DNA of 64,000 nucleotides from an uncultured Clostridia bacterium (GCA_947630625.1 CANRIL010000001.1:47355-111354), one strand, 5' to 3'; counted from the first letter of the stretch, positions 1-9,164 are shown. Notes: generated by a model from the sequence alone, not told the origin. Translations and numbers: made by a program.

Positions 1-639
1 TTTCTCAAGCTCTACCAGAAGCGCTCATACGTCATCGCGCTTGAAGGCGCCGGAAATCTCGGCTGTACGATCGACAATTACGACGAGGGAGGCTTTTTCC
101 TGCGTAATTATAACGACCTGCTCATCATCGGCGGCGGCACGCACAGAACGGGGAAGAACTACGGCTTTGAGGCTGTTCGAAAATTTGCGAAGAAATACTA
201 TCCCGACGCCGCTGAGCGGTTCGCGTGGGCAAATCAGGATTGCGTCAGCCTTGACGGGGTGCCGTATATCGGGAAATACAGCCCTAACACACCCGACATT
301 TACGTTGCGACGGGGTTCAACCTTTGGGGCATGACGACATCCATGGTCGCCTCGCAGATCATTACCGATATGGTTTTAGGTAAAAAGAACGTTTACGCGT
401 CCGTTTTTGCGCCGAACAGGAGCATGATGCACGGTCAGCTTCTCGCAAACGCGTGCGAGGCGGCGATCGAGCTTGCAAAGCCGCTGCCGATGAGGTGCCC
501 GCACATGGGATGCGCGCTCTCGTGGAACGAGGCGGAGGGCAGCTGGGACTGTCCGTGCCACGGCTCGCGCTTCAACGCGGACGGGGAGCTTATATGCGGT
601 CCCGCGATGCACGGGAAAAAGATAAAAAAATCACGCTGA
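1..639 (+). CDS. FAD-dependent oxidoreductase with C-terminal Rieske [2Fe-2S] domain (5' end outside window)
   Basis: Frame 1 is open from base 1 to TGA 637-639. The C-terminus carries CPHMGC...CPCHGSRF, the Rieske CxH / CxxH ligand pair. The preceding GVPYIGK...ATGFNLWGMT resembles the C-terminal half of DAO-type flavoproteins. Confidence 0.8.
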   Translation, partial: FLKLYQKRSYVIALEGAGNLGCTIDNYDEGGFFLRNYNDLLIIGGGTHRTGKNYGFEAVRKFAKKYYPDAAERFAWANQDCVSLDGVPYIGKYSPNTPDIYVATGFNLWGMTTSMVASQIITDMVLGKKNVYASVFAPNRSMMHGQLLANACEAAIELAKPLPMRCPHMGCALSWNEAEGSWDCPCHGSRFNADGELICGPAMHGKKIKKSR

Positions 640-771
640 AAGGTAAAAAATTTATTTTGCCCTATTGACAATCGCATGACTGCGCGATATAATTTATAAA
701 AATTGAGCGGGCGTGATTCGATTTGCACAATAACTTTTTGCGCTCGCATAAAACGGGTATGGAGGTACATT

Positions 772-1527
772 ATGATGGACCAGAGAAAACTCAGTCATGC
801 CGAGTTTGTTAAATATTTCAGCCCGGCAAGCAATCTGCCGAAGATAATCGGCGGCGTTATAATCGCGCTCGGCGCGCTTATGTGTCTTATGCGCGGGATG
901 ATGCTGTTTCTCGGCGTCGTCGTTATGGCGATAGGCGCGGCGGTATTCTTCCTTGCGAAGGAATCGCGCGCTTCGGACGAAGACGTTGACAACGCGCTCG
1001 CGGACATGGGATCCGATCTTGACTACAAGGCAAAGCTCGATGTTGATGTGAGGGAGAAGATGCTCACCGCGTTCCGTCCGGAGGTGTTCTCGGAGTACGA
1101 TTTCAGCGGAGCTGTCGAGTCGCCGGATTCGTTCAGGCTTGTCAGGGGCGCTGACCGTAAGTTCCGCACGAACAAGTTCACGGCGACGGAGATCGTCTTC
1201 ACACAGACGAGGCTTCACATATATAAGTATTCGCTGAACCTGACGGAGGAAGGGGAGAACATCGAGAAGCTGATCGAAAAGTATGTCGACCTTGATTCGG
1301 TCGGCATCGACAGCGATACGCGCGAGTATTCCTGCGTCAACGGCAAAAAGAGCACGACGGAAAAGCTCGAAACGCGCACGATGTACGTAAAGATGAACGA
1401 CGGCACGGTCGCGATCAGGTTCCCGGTCGGCTCGGGCGCCGACGTTGACCGCGCGGTCGAGGAAATAAACAGGCTCATCCGGACACGTAAGGAAAAAGCG
1501 GACGAGGAAAATCAGGACAAAGAATAA
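772..1527 (+). CDS. hypothetical membrane protein (two N-terminal TM helices plus ~190-aa soluble domain)
   Basis: ATG 772 is preceded by GGAGG (761-765), whereas ORF-track ATG 703 has no RBS. TM segments are IIGGVIIALGALMCLM and MLFLGVVVMAIGAAVFFL. The C-terminus is K/E-rich. No family recognised. Confidence 0.75.
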   Translation: MMDQRKLSHAEFVKYFSPASNLPKIIGGVIIALGALMCLMRGMMLFLGVVVMAIGAAVFFLAKESRASDEDVDNALADMGSDLDYKAKLDVDVREKMLTAFRPEVFSEYDFSGAVESPDSFRLVRGADRKFRTNKFTATEIVFTQTRLHIYKYSLNLTEEGENIEKLIEKYVDLDSVGIDSDTREYSCVNGKKSTTEKLETRTMYVKMNDGTVAIRFPVGSGADVDRAVEEINRLIRTRKEKADEENQDKE

Positions 1528-1649
1528 GCCGTCGTACATATTTTTGATCTTATCTCGTCGGCGTAGAATATTTGAAGCGCGTCTTGTAAAACAGGCGGGA
1601 GCAGATGTACGGCAAATAATAAGTTTTCTTCAAAGTCACATAAAAACTA

Positions 1650-1701
1650 AAAAAGGCAGCGAAAATTTCCCGCCGCGGGAGGTCGCTGCCTTCTTTTTTT
1701 T
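1650..1701. terminator. bidirectional rho-independent terminator between the hypothetical gene (+) and bioY (-)
   Basis: Stem GGCAGCGA (1655-1662) / TCGCTGCC (1683-1690) with a nested TCCCG/CGGGA stem. An A-run lies on the left and a T-run (1691-1701) on the right. Confidence 0.75.
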
Positions 1702-1708
1702 CGCAAAT

Positions 1709-2278
1709 TCAGTCTTTTGTGTTCGGTATCTTTATACGTTTTGAGGCGAGCAGGGCGAGCGCGAGTTTGACCGCGTCCGGGATGATGAACGGGAAAACGC
1801 ACCATGACAGCGCGGTCATGATCCCGATCGGTTCAGTCGTGCGCGCATAGACTAACATGAACCATGCCGTTCCGAACGCGTAGCACGCGAGCAGTCCGAC
1901 CGACAGTGATGTTATCTCGACCCAGAGTTTTTTCCCGAACAAAGACATCGCGAGCCAGTATATGAGCCCGGTAAGTATGAAGCCGAGCATATATCCGCCT
2001 GTCGAGCCGAATATGATGCCGAAGCCGGAAGTAAATTCGGCAAAGACCGGGACACCGACCGCGCCGAGCGCGAGATAAACGATTATCGCCGCTGTCCCGC
2101 GTTTGCCGCCGAGAACAGACAATATGCAGAATACGGCGAACGTCTGCATCGTGAATGGAACTGTCGTCGGAATGCTTATCCATGAGCACACTGCTAAAAT
2201 TACCGCGGCGAGCGCCGTATATGCAATGTCGACCGTTTTGATCCTTCGCTTTTTCTTTAATGATCCGGTGCCGTTCAT
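1709..2278 (-). CDS. bioY: biotin transporter BioY (ECF S-component)
   Basis: ATG 2278 (MNGTGSLKKKRR...) is preferred over ORF-track ATG 2395, which would run into the upstream gene. The protein is polytopic with GSTGGYMLGF, a BioY-type motif. It is the last gene of an operon headed by birA. Confidence 0.85.
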   Translation of the reverse strand: MNGTGSLKKKRRIKTVDIAYTALAAVILAVCSWISIPTTVPFTMQTFAVFCILSVLGGKRGTAAIIVYLALGAVGVPVFAEFTSGFGIIFGSTGGYMLGFILTGLIYWLAMSLFGKKLWVEITSLSVGLLACYAFGTAWFMLVYARTTEPIGIMTALSWCVFPFIIPDAVKLALALLASKRIKIPNTKD

Positions 2279-2297
2279 ATGAAATATCTCCGTTTTG

Positions 2298-2678
2298 TCA
2301 ATAGTTTGTTTCCGTTTTGCAGCAGAGAGGGAACCATTCGCAGCTTTCACATATAAGATCAAATGATCCTCTGCCGTAGATCCGCTCGCGGACACCTTCT
2401 GTCAGCTCCGCCCAGTCGTAAGTACCGGCGGGGATGCAGAGCGCGTCAAGCACCGCCGCGTCAAGATATGTCACTTTGTCCTGCGAAGAACAGAGACTGC
2501 CGCGCCTGTTCGGGCATTTGTCGCAAAGGTCGTCGACGCCGCGGACGAGCGTGACCTTCACGTCCTCGCCGCTGCGAAGAAGTGAGACGATCTCGGTCAT
2601 GTGGTTTGTGAACGCGCTGTCGTATCCGTGACCCGTAAACTTGCCGATGCAGAGCAGATGGTGCGGGCGAAGCGTCAT
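2298..2678 (-). CDS. DUF1284-like Cys-rich protein
   Basis: 126 aa starting MTLRPHHLLC. Cys clusters are CDKCPNRRGSLC and CESCEWFPLCC. The start overlaps the birA stop by 4 nt, and the bioY start is 19 nt downstream. Confidence 0.7.
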   Translation of the reverse strand: MTLRPHHLLCIGKFTGHGYDSAFTNHMTEIVSLLRSGEDVKVTLVRGVDDLCDKCPNRRGSLCSSQDKVTYLDAAVLDALCIPAGTYDWAELTEGVRERIYGRGSFDLICESCEWFPLCCKTETNY

Positions 2679-3661
2679 GACGCACCCCCCGCCGGTCTGA
2701 CGCTCACCTCGCCTGACGACAGCGCTTCCTCACTGCCGTCAGCGTAACGGACGATGAGGCGGCAGCGGTCGTCTATCGCGACGGCTTTTGCCGGGACAGA
2801 TGTGCCCTGACGCAAAACGAGGATCGGGCGCCCCGGAAGAAAGCTGCGAATTCTGTATTCCTCAACGAACGAGCGCGAGGGAAACGTGTCATATATATCA
2901 AAGAAATGCCGGAGAAACGACGATGCGAGCCGACAGCGCATATCGTGTTCGCGATTCTGCAAAATTGCCCCGGCGATATCGGCGAGCTCCTGAGGGAAGC
3001 CTCCGTCCGACTCGGTCACATTTATGCCGACGCCGAGGACGGCGTAATCGAGCGCGCCCGATTCCATGTCAAAGCTCGCTTCCGTCAGTATGCCGCACAC
3101 TTTTTTGCCGTTGACCAAAACGTCGTTGACCCATTTTATCGTCGGTTTATCAGGTGTCAGCTCCTCTATCGCGCGGCAGACGGCGACGGCGGCAGCCGTC
3201 GTTATCATCACGGCGTCCTCCGCCGACAGCTTAGGCCGCAAAAGCACGCTCATATAAAGCCCGGTCCCGCCGGGCGAGAGAAATGTGCGCCCGTACCGTC
3301 CGCGCCCCGCCGTCTGCTCGCCGGCGATCACGACGTGACCCTCTCCGAGCGTGTTAGCCTTTTCTTTTATGACGAGATTTGTCGAGCCGCAGGCGGGGAG
3401 AATTTCAAGCTCGACTCTCGACTCTTTTTCGCCGAGATATTTTTTTATCGCTTTTTCCGATAAAACGTCCGACGACTCGCCGAGCATGTACCCGCGGTTC
3501 GTCACGGCTTTTATATCGTATCCCTCGGCGCGGAGCGCGGCGATATGCTTCCAGACAGCCGCGCGGGAGACGCCGAGAATATTTGCAAGTTCGCTTCCGG
3601 AAACGAAAGTCCCGTCGGGCGCGCCTAAAAGCGCGTCGAGCAGTTTTTTCTTATTGTCCAT
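2675..3661 (-). CDS. birA: bifunctional biotin-[acetyl-CoA-carboxylase] ligase / biotin operon repressor BirA
   Basis: 328 aa. It has an N-terminal wHTH (SGSELANILGVSRAAVWKHIAALRAEGY) and a biotin ligase core (GEQTAGRGRYGRTF, KWVNDV). Confidence 0.9.
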   Translation of the reverse strand: MDNKKKLLDALLGAPDGTFVSGSELANILGVSRAAVWKHIAALRAEGYDIKAVTNRGYMLGESSDVLSEKAIKKYLGEKESRVELEILPACGSTNLVIKEKANTLGEGHVVIAGEQTAGRGRYGRTFLSPGGTGLYMSVLLRPKLSAEDAVMITTAAAVAVCRAIEELTPDKPTIKWVNDVLVNGKKVCGILTEASFDMESGALDYAVLGVGINVTESDGGFPQELADIAGAILQNREHDMRCRLASSFLRHFFDIYDTFPSRSFVEEYRIRSFLPGRPILVLRQGTSVPAKAVAIDDRCRLIVRYADGSEEALSSGEVSVRPAGGAS

Positions 3662-3690
3662 TCTGATGCCGCCTTTTTAGAGTTTATCAT

Positions 3691-3719
3691 AGTTTATCAC
3701 ATGGACGCGGGATTGTCAA
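3691..3719 (-). promoter_or_regulatory. birA-DUF1284-bioY promoter
   Basis: On the minus strand: TTGACA (3714-3719), 17 nt, TAAACT (3691-3696), with a TG one nt upstream of the -10 (extended -10). It lies ~30 nt upstream of ATG 3661. Confidence 0.6.
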
Positions 3720-3748
3720 CATAAAATATGTGAAGCTGAGTTTACAAT
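3712..3748. promoter_or_regulatory. probable BirA operator (inverted repeat ATTGTCAAC-N19-GTTTACAAT)
   Basis: The 9-nt arms match in 8 of 9 positions. The TGTnAAC / GTTnACA half-site type is what I recall for Firmicute BirA sites. The left arm overlaps the -35 of the birA promoter. Confidence 0.6.
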
Positions 3749-3785
3749 TGCACAAAAATGATGTAAGAAGCCGCCCGGCTGTTTG

Positions 3786-4778
3786 TCACACCTCGGGCGG
3801 CGTCTTTTTCTCGCGGCATCGCCTGTACTCGGTCGGAGTGCAGCCGGCGATACCGGCGAATTTTCTGTTGTAATAGCTGACCTGATTGAATCCGCAGAGT
3901 GAGGCGATCTCAGTCACCGTCATGTCCGTAGTTTCAAGCAGCTCCATGCTGCGGCGTATTCTGTAGTTGTTGAGATACGCGAACGGCGAGACACGCGTAC
4001 ACTGTCTGAATATATGCGAAAAATATTCTCGGCTCATATAGACGCTTGAGGCGAGCTCGCCGAGCGTGATCGGTTCGCCGTAGTGAGCGTGTATATATTC
4101 GATCGCGCGCCTTACGCGCTCCCGGTTCGCGCTGCTCGTTCTGCCGCCGGCGTCCGCCTTGCTTGCGTGGAGCATACATTCGTACCAGATCATGATGAGC
4201 GACGATTTTATGAACAGTTCCGGGCATTCCGCGTCCTCGCGCAGGAAAAGCTCGGGATACCGGCCGGAGTACGGGTCGTTGTCATACGGTGTGTAGTCGT
4301 AGAGGGACATTATCGAAATAAGCCGATCGAGCACCTCCGACTGCCACGGCACATCCCTTTTGAAGACGGGGGCGAAGACGATCTCGCCGTTTATTACCGG
4401 GGTGATGTATTTTTCGTTTATCGCGTCGGCGGCGCTGCCGGAGATGAGCTGCGGGGAAAAGACGACGGCGTAAAAAACGGATTCGTGCGCGGAGGAGAGG
4501 CGATATGCGCGGTGCGCTGCGTTTGAAGGGATGAACGCCGCGTCTCCGGGAGAGAGCTGATATTCGGCGCCGTCTATTACGATCGTGCATTCTCCGCGCG
4601 AAAGATAGAAAAATTCGAATTCCGAATGCCAGTGAGTATAAAGTATCTGATATTCGGAGAGGCCGCGAAGCGCGGGATTCGGAGGAAATATCGTCTTATG
4701 TATGCCTATCGGAAAGCGCGCGTCCCCGTGGGAATAATGCTCATAGCCGTCATTTGGCTTCCGCTTTTGTTTTCCCAT
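3786..4778 (-). CDS. AraC family transcriptional regulator (N-terminal cupin, C-terminal HTH)
   Basis: ATG 4778 has GGAGGTG 6-7 nt upstream, and ORF-track ATG 4796 sits inside that RBS. The C-terminus GELASSVYMSREYFSHIFRQ...VTEIASLCGFNQVSYYNRKF is an AraC-type double HTH. Confidence 0.85.
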   Translation of the reverse strand: MGKQKRKPNDGYEHYSHGDARFPIGIHKTIFPPNPALRGLSEYQILYTHWHSEFEFFYLSRGECTIVIDGAEYQLSPGDAAFIPSNAAHRAYRLSSAHESVFYAVVFSPQLISGSAADAINEKYITPVINGEIVFAPVFKRDVPWQSEVLDRLISIMSLYDYTPYDNDPYSGRYPELFLREDAECPELFIKSSLIMIWYECMLHASKADAGGRTSSANRERVRRAIEYIHAHYGEPITLGELASSVYMSREYFSHIFRQCTRVSPFAYLNNYRIRRSMELLETTDMTVTEIASLCGFNQVSYYNRKFAGIAGCTPTEYRRCREKKTPPEV

Positions 4779-4924
4779 GATGTTCACCTCCCGCATTTTT
4801 TTAAATTCTAATATATTTCGCGCTTCGTGTCAAGATTTGAACGTCAGAATGGCACAAATACGATACAATAAACTCAATATTGTCTTATTATTCGCTAATA
4901 TTATAAAAGGCGCACATCGGCGCG

Positions 4925-4943
4925 CCATGATATAATATCATGG
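4925..4943. promoter_or_regulatory. perfect 19-nt palindrome CCATGATAT-A-ATATCATGG containing a TATAAT box
   Basis: 9+9 nt perfect inverted repeat. TATAAT at 4931-4936 lies 47 nt upstream of the glycoside hydrolase ATG. No -35-like hexamer sits 17 nt upstream. Confidence 0.5.
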
Positions 4944-4982
4944 ATTATACTGATCCGCAAAAAAGTAACGAGGTAAAAGTAC

Positions 4983-7900
4983 ATGACGACTAAAATACGT
5001 GTCATCGCGGCAATCCTTACGCTGCTCATTATTTTCCCGCTGGCGGCGGGATGCAGGAAGAACGGCGGCGACTCCGAAACGACGGGAGAGGACGGCGCGG
5101 GACTGAAGGACCCGGCGACGAACGTAACGGCGGAGGCGGTCGTTCTGCGCGACGATCTGCCGTCGCTCACCGTTGATGTCGGGGAGAGGGGACACGATAT
5201 CCTTCACGGAAGCGCGGGCTTTTTGTACGGGATCAGCAACGAGGGCGTCCCGGATGTGAATACTTTGACGCCGCTCAAGCCCAAGGTACTGGCGACGAAG
5301 GGCGCGCTCGGAACGGAGCATCCGTATGGCGACGCGCTTGACGTGGCGCGCGAATTTTTCCTTGCCGGCGGCAGACAAGTTCAGATGTACTGCTCGAATT
5401 ATTACGGCGTCTTCGGCGTCACCGCGAACGCCAACGATTACGGGGCGGTGCTGCGCGACATAATTGCGCCCGCCGTCGCCGAATGGAAGGATGGGATGCG
5501 GGCGGAATTTGCGGATATCGACGACAGGATCGTATACATACCGATAAACGAGGGGACGCCCGTGAACGGTGTTTCCGGATTTAATGCGGCGTGGAAGATA
5601 TATTACGACGCGATAAAATCATCCGATCCCGGCGCGGTGATCGCGGGACCTAACGACGCGGTTTACAGGGGCAGGGACTCGATGACGGATTTTTTCAAGT
5701 TCTGCCGCGACAACGACTGTCTTCCCGATATAGTGACATGGCACGAGCTTCAGGTTTCATGCCTTGACACGATGGACGACCACATAGCCGATTACAGGCG
5801 CATATGCGATGTGCTCAACATAGAAGAGGCGCAGGTCGTTATAAACGAGTACGCCGATTTTGCTGACTGCGGCGTTCCGGGAAGGCTCGTCAACTGGATC
5901 TCAAGGCTTGAAGACAACGAGGTTTACGGATGTCTGCCGTTCTGGCACCAGGCAAACAATTTGAACGACCTTGCCGCCAATGCGAATCAGGGAAACGGCG
6001 CATGGTGGGTCTATAAGTGGTACGGCGACATGAGCGGGCAGACTCTCTCTGTCTCGGCAAAGAACACGACGCCGGAGGGATTTTACGGCGTCGCATCAGT
6101 CGACGCGAACAAAAACTGCGCAACGCTCCTCTGCGGCGGCGCGGACGGCGACACGGTCATAAGGCTGTCGGGACTTGACGGCAGCGATGTGTTTGACGGC
6201 GCGGAACGCGTACGCGTCGTCGTTGAGGCGACATATTTCACCGGGTATCACGGCGCGCTTTACGCGCCGGAGACTGTGCTTGACGGCGTTTTCGCCGTCA
6301 AAGACGGGGAGGTCGCATTCGGACTTTCGGACAATAAATTTTCGACGGCGTACAAGGTGACTGTCACGCCGACAAACGAAGAAGAACGCCCCGCTGTGTC
6401 CGGGCGCTACCGCGCCGTTTACGAGGCAGAGGACGCATCATTTACGGGCGAGCTTATCGTTGACGATCAGGAGAGCCCGATCGAATCACCGAAATATTAC
6501 TGCTCCGGCGGCAAGCGCGTCGGCGGCATAGACAGAGAAGGGGACGGGATCGGATATCTCATCAATGTGCCTTACGACGGGCTTTACAGGCTCGATTTTA
6601 TATACGGCAACGGCGTAGGGTCGACGAGAAACAACGCGGCGACGCATAAGCCGCTCAACATAACACAATCGCTCTTTATCGACGGCGAGGAAAGCGAGCT
6701 GTTTTTGCCGAACACGCTCTTTTATTCAATGGAGGGCATCGCGGACAAATACGTGAGCCTGAAGGCCGGTTTTCATACGGTTTCGATCGCATACAGCGGC
6801 GACGAGGGCGGTTTTCATGACGCGCTTTATGTGACATACGCGGGCGCTTACGGCGCTGACAAGCCGGATTTCAACCGTGTATATGAGGCGGAGGGCGCAG
6901 ATTTTATCGCCGGTGTGTCGGCTTCCGTGAAGACGGACAGGGAAGGCAGCAGCGGCACGGGATACGTGAGCGGTCTTGAAAAATCTGGTGACGGACTCGG
7001 CGGCATTCGCTTTATCGTTGACGTTCTTGAGAGCGGATACTATGATCTGTCCTTCCGGTACGGGGCTGATAAAGACGGAAAGCTCAGGGTATTCGTTGAC
7101 AACACGAACCTGACCGCAAGCGACCCCGCGGCGTCAGTTGAACTGAAAAAACAGGACGGCTGGGGCGACGTCGGCGTGACGCTGTTTTTGCGCTGCGGCA
7201 TAAATATCATTGACATCAATGCGGATGAGCAGATCGCGCTCGACCATATGCGGGTCATAAAGAGCGGCAGGCAGCCGTCTGTAACGATCGAAGCGGAGGA
7301 CGCGCAGGGCAAATTCGAGACGGCGAAGTCTGGAAATATAACATACGTAACCGAGATGCGCGCCAATGACGGCTACCTTGAATTCAAGGTCAACGCCGAG
7401 GAGGCGGGAGACTACCGCGTTCAAGTGTTCCAGTCGAATAACGATCTCTGCGGCACTCACAGCTACAATATCAAAATAATCGACAGATACGCGGTGTTCA
7501 CCGTAAACGGGAAGGACGCGCGCAGATTCTTCTTCCCGAATAGTTTCTCGGATGATACTTTCCTTGAGCGCACCGTGACGCTCACGCTCGACAAGGGCGA
7601 GAACACGATAAGAGTTTATAATGACGACAGCTGGCAGGTCCTTTGGGGCGGCTCGCAATCGACGCCCGGAACGAACAGGCTCGTCAATTACACGCCCAAC
7701 TTTGACAAGTTCATCTTCTCTCCCGTATCGCTCGGGACGGCGGGCGAAATATCTGATCAGATCACGTATCCGATCAGCGTATCATATACGGGCAGCGGAT
7801 ATGCGTACTCAGACAAAAACGACGCCGCGAGGGGCGAGCGTGTGACCTTATATCTGCTGCCGGACGGCGTGATCTCCCGTGTGATCGTCAACGGCGAGGA

Positions 7901-8993
7901 CATAAAAGACAAGTTTACGACGAAGGACGGAGCTTTATATTCGGCTTCGATCGAGGTCGACGGAGACGTGACGGTGCTTGCGGAGTTTTTGCCCGCGCTC
8001 GCCGGTAAATTCGATCCGCCGGCACAGAACGTCTCATCGGGGACGGTCATTGTCGGCACGGAGAGCTATGAGCTGATCGGCGAAAATCTCTTCAAAAACG
8101 GCGATTTCAGCGACAACAGCGGCGCCGGTATGGATCATTGGTACGTTGGGACGAACAAAAACGGGCACCCGGTCAACGGGGCATACATGCGCCCGAAGAT
8201 AAATCCGGACGGGACGCTTGAAAATCTCGTGCCGTTAGGTGAAAGCGGCCTGCTTATAAAGAACGCTTACGAGCCGCAGGCAAACGGGAACAAGTTTTAT
8301 TTCGGCACGGACAACGGTCAGCCGGAAGGGATGAAGCATTACCTCGTCGAGGCGATAGGAGAGCCGTGGACGAGCAACGCCTGGAACGGCGCCGCATCGC
8401 TGCTCGCGTTCATACCGATAAAGCCGGACACAAATTATTATTTCACGTTCCGCGCATATACGGCGGGCGGTGCGGCGTCAGTCCGCTTCGGCTCGATCAG
8501 GATGGATTCCTTCGTCAAGGATACATACTCCGCGTCAGATTCGCTTGATTTCAGCGGCAGCGGCTATATGTCGTGCACGAACGGCGACGTGCAGAACGTC
8601 GGAGGCGCGTGGAGAAGATATGAGGCGATAATAAACAGCGGGGACGGGGACTATTTCCTCTTTAACGCGTACTGGCTCCAGATGGCGTCGTATCTCTGTC
8701 TCGGCGATTTCAGGCTGATCGAGGCGGGAGACGAGCCGCTCACAAGAGTTGCCGGTGCTGAAAGGCTGCCGACCGTGACGGCGGCGGGTGGCGGCGCGCT
8801 TACGCTGCCGTCGGAGATAAACGTCGTTATGGCAGACGGTACACGGACGACGCTGGCGGTCGAATGGCTCAATGATTCGGCTGTCGACACGTCGTCAAGC
8901 GGAGTTTATTCCGTAACGGGGAAAGTCGTGCTTCCGGAAGGGTATTATTCGACGGAACCCCTTCTTGTGACGCAGCGCGTGATCGTGAGATAG
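4983..8993 (+). CDS. secreted lipoprotein, multidomain glycoside hydrolase (clan GH-A-like catalytic region, three CBM6/35-like modules, further CBM-like region, C-terminal Ig-like domain)
   Basis: The signal peptide has lipobox LAAGC. The N-terminal ~440 aa carry IPINEGTP and VINEYA / TWHELQ motifs typical of (beta/alpha)8 clan A hydrolases. Three modules open with YEAEDA, YEAEGA and IEAEDA. The C-terminal LPSEINVVMADGT...VEWLND...GVYSVTGKV looks Ig-like. The GH family is not assigned. Confidence 0.75.
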   Translation: MTTKIRVIAAILTLLIIFPLAAGCRKNGGDSETTGEDGAGLKDPATNVTAEAVVLRDDLPSLTVDVGERGHDILHGSAGFLYGISNEGVPDVNTLTPLKPKVLATKGALGTEHPYGDALDVAREFFLAGGRQVQMYCSNYYGVFGVTANANDYGAVLRDIIAPAVAEWKDGMRAEFADIDDRIVYIPINEGTPVNGVSGFNAAWKIYYDAIKSSDPGAVIAGPNDAVYRGRDSMTDFFKFCRDNDCLPDIVTWHELQVSCLDTMDDHIADYRRICDVLNIEEAQVVINEYADFADCGVPGRLVNWISRLEDNEVYGCLPFWHQANNLNDLAANANQGNGAWWVYKWYGDMSGQTLSVSAKNTTPEGFYGVASVDANKNCATLLCGGADGDTVIRLSGLDGSDVFDGAERVRVVVEATYFTGYHGALYAPETVLDGVFAVKDGEVAFGLSDNKFSTAYKVTVTPTNEEERPAVSGRYRAVYEAEDASFTGELIVDDQESPIESPKYYCSGGKRVGGIDREGDGIGYLINVPYDGLYRLDFIYGNGVGSTRNNAATHKPLNITQSLFIDGEESELFLPNTLFYSMEGIADKYVSLKAGFHTVSIAYSGDEGGFHDALYVTYAGAYGADKPDFNRVYEAEGADFIAGVSASVKTDREGSSGTGYVSGLEKSGDGLGGIRFIVDVLESGYYDLSFRYGADKDGKLRVFVDNTNLTASDPAASVELKKQDGWGDVGVTLFLRCGINIIDINADEQIALDHMRVIKSGRQPSVTIEAEDAQGKFETAKSGNITYVTEMRANDGYLEFKVNAEEAGDYRVQVFQSNNDLCGTHSYNIKIIDRYAVFTVNGKDARRFFFPNSFSDDTFLERTVTLTLDKGENTIRVYNDDSWQVLWGGSQSTPGTNRLVNYTPNFDKFIFSPVSLGTAGEISDQITYPISVSYTGSGYAYSDKNDAARGERVTLYLLPDGVISRVIVNGEDIKDKFTTKDGALYSASIEVDGDVTVLAEFLPALAGKFDPPAQNVSSGTVIVGTESYELIGENLFKNGDFSDNSGAGMDHWYVGTNKNGHPVNGAYMRPKINPDGTLENLVPLGESGLLIKNAYEPQANGNKFYFGTDNGQPEGMKHYLVEAIGEPWTSNAWNGAASLLAFIPIKPDTNYYFTFRAYTAGGAASVRFGSIRMDSFVKDTYSASDSLDFSGSGYMSCTNGDVQNVGGAWRRYEAIINSGDGDYFLFNAYWLQMASYLCLGDFRLIEAGDEPLTRVAGAERLPTVTAAGGGALTLPSEINVVMADGTRTTLAVEWLNDSAVDTSSSGVYSVTGKVVLPEGYYSTEPLLVTQRVIVR

Positions 8994-9031
8994 AAACGTT
9001 TTTCGCATAAAAGCGCGTGAAAACAAAGAAA

Positions 9032-9064
9032 AGAGGATGCAAAAAATCGCATCCTCTTTGTCTT
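9032..9064. terminator. terminator shared by the hydrolase gene (+) and tRNA-Pro (-)
   Basis: Stem AGAGGATGC (9032-9040) / GCATCCTCT (9049-9057), followed by TTTGTCTT. An A-rich run lies on the other side. Confidence 0.7.
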
Positions 9065-9065
9065 A

Positions 9066-9138
9066 TCTGAGTGACTGGACTTGAACCAGCGGCCTCTACC
9101 ACCCCAAGGTAGCGCGCTCCCAACTGCGCCACACCCAG
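9066..9138 (-). tRNA. tRNA-Pro (anticodon GGG)
   Basis: The reverse complement folds as a 73-nt cloverleaf. Acceptor CTGGGTG/CACTCAG with A73, D arm GCGC-AGTTGGGA-GCGC, anticodon arm CTACC-TTGGGGT-GGTAG, variable loop AGGCC, T arm GCTGG-TTCAAGT-CCAGT. It has C1:G72, A73 and G37 as expected for bacterial tRNA-Pro. CCA is not encoded. Confidence 0.92.
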
Positions 9139-9164
9139 ATGTGCGTCTTTTCGAACGCCATAGT

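Noticed and set aside
694-1539. A long antisense ORF (281 aa) opposite the 772-1527 gene. Similar antisense ORFs occur at 11749-12576, 13137-13943, 41130-41843, 43563-44180, 46194-47024 and 49904-50494.
   Set aside because: All are Arg/Ala/Pro-rich, lack an RBS and lie opposite ORFs with clear family motifs. This is the typical shadow-ORF artefact of GC-rich coding DNA.
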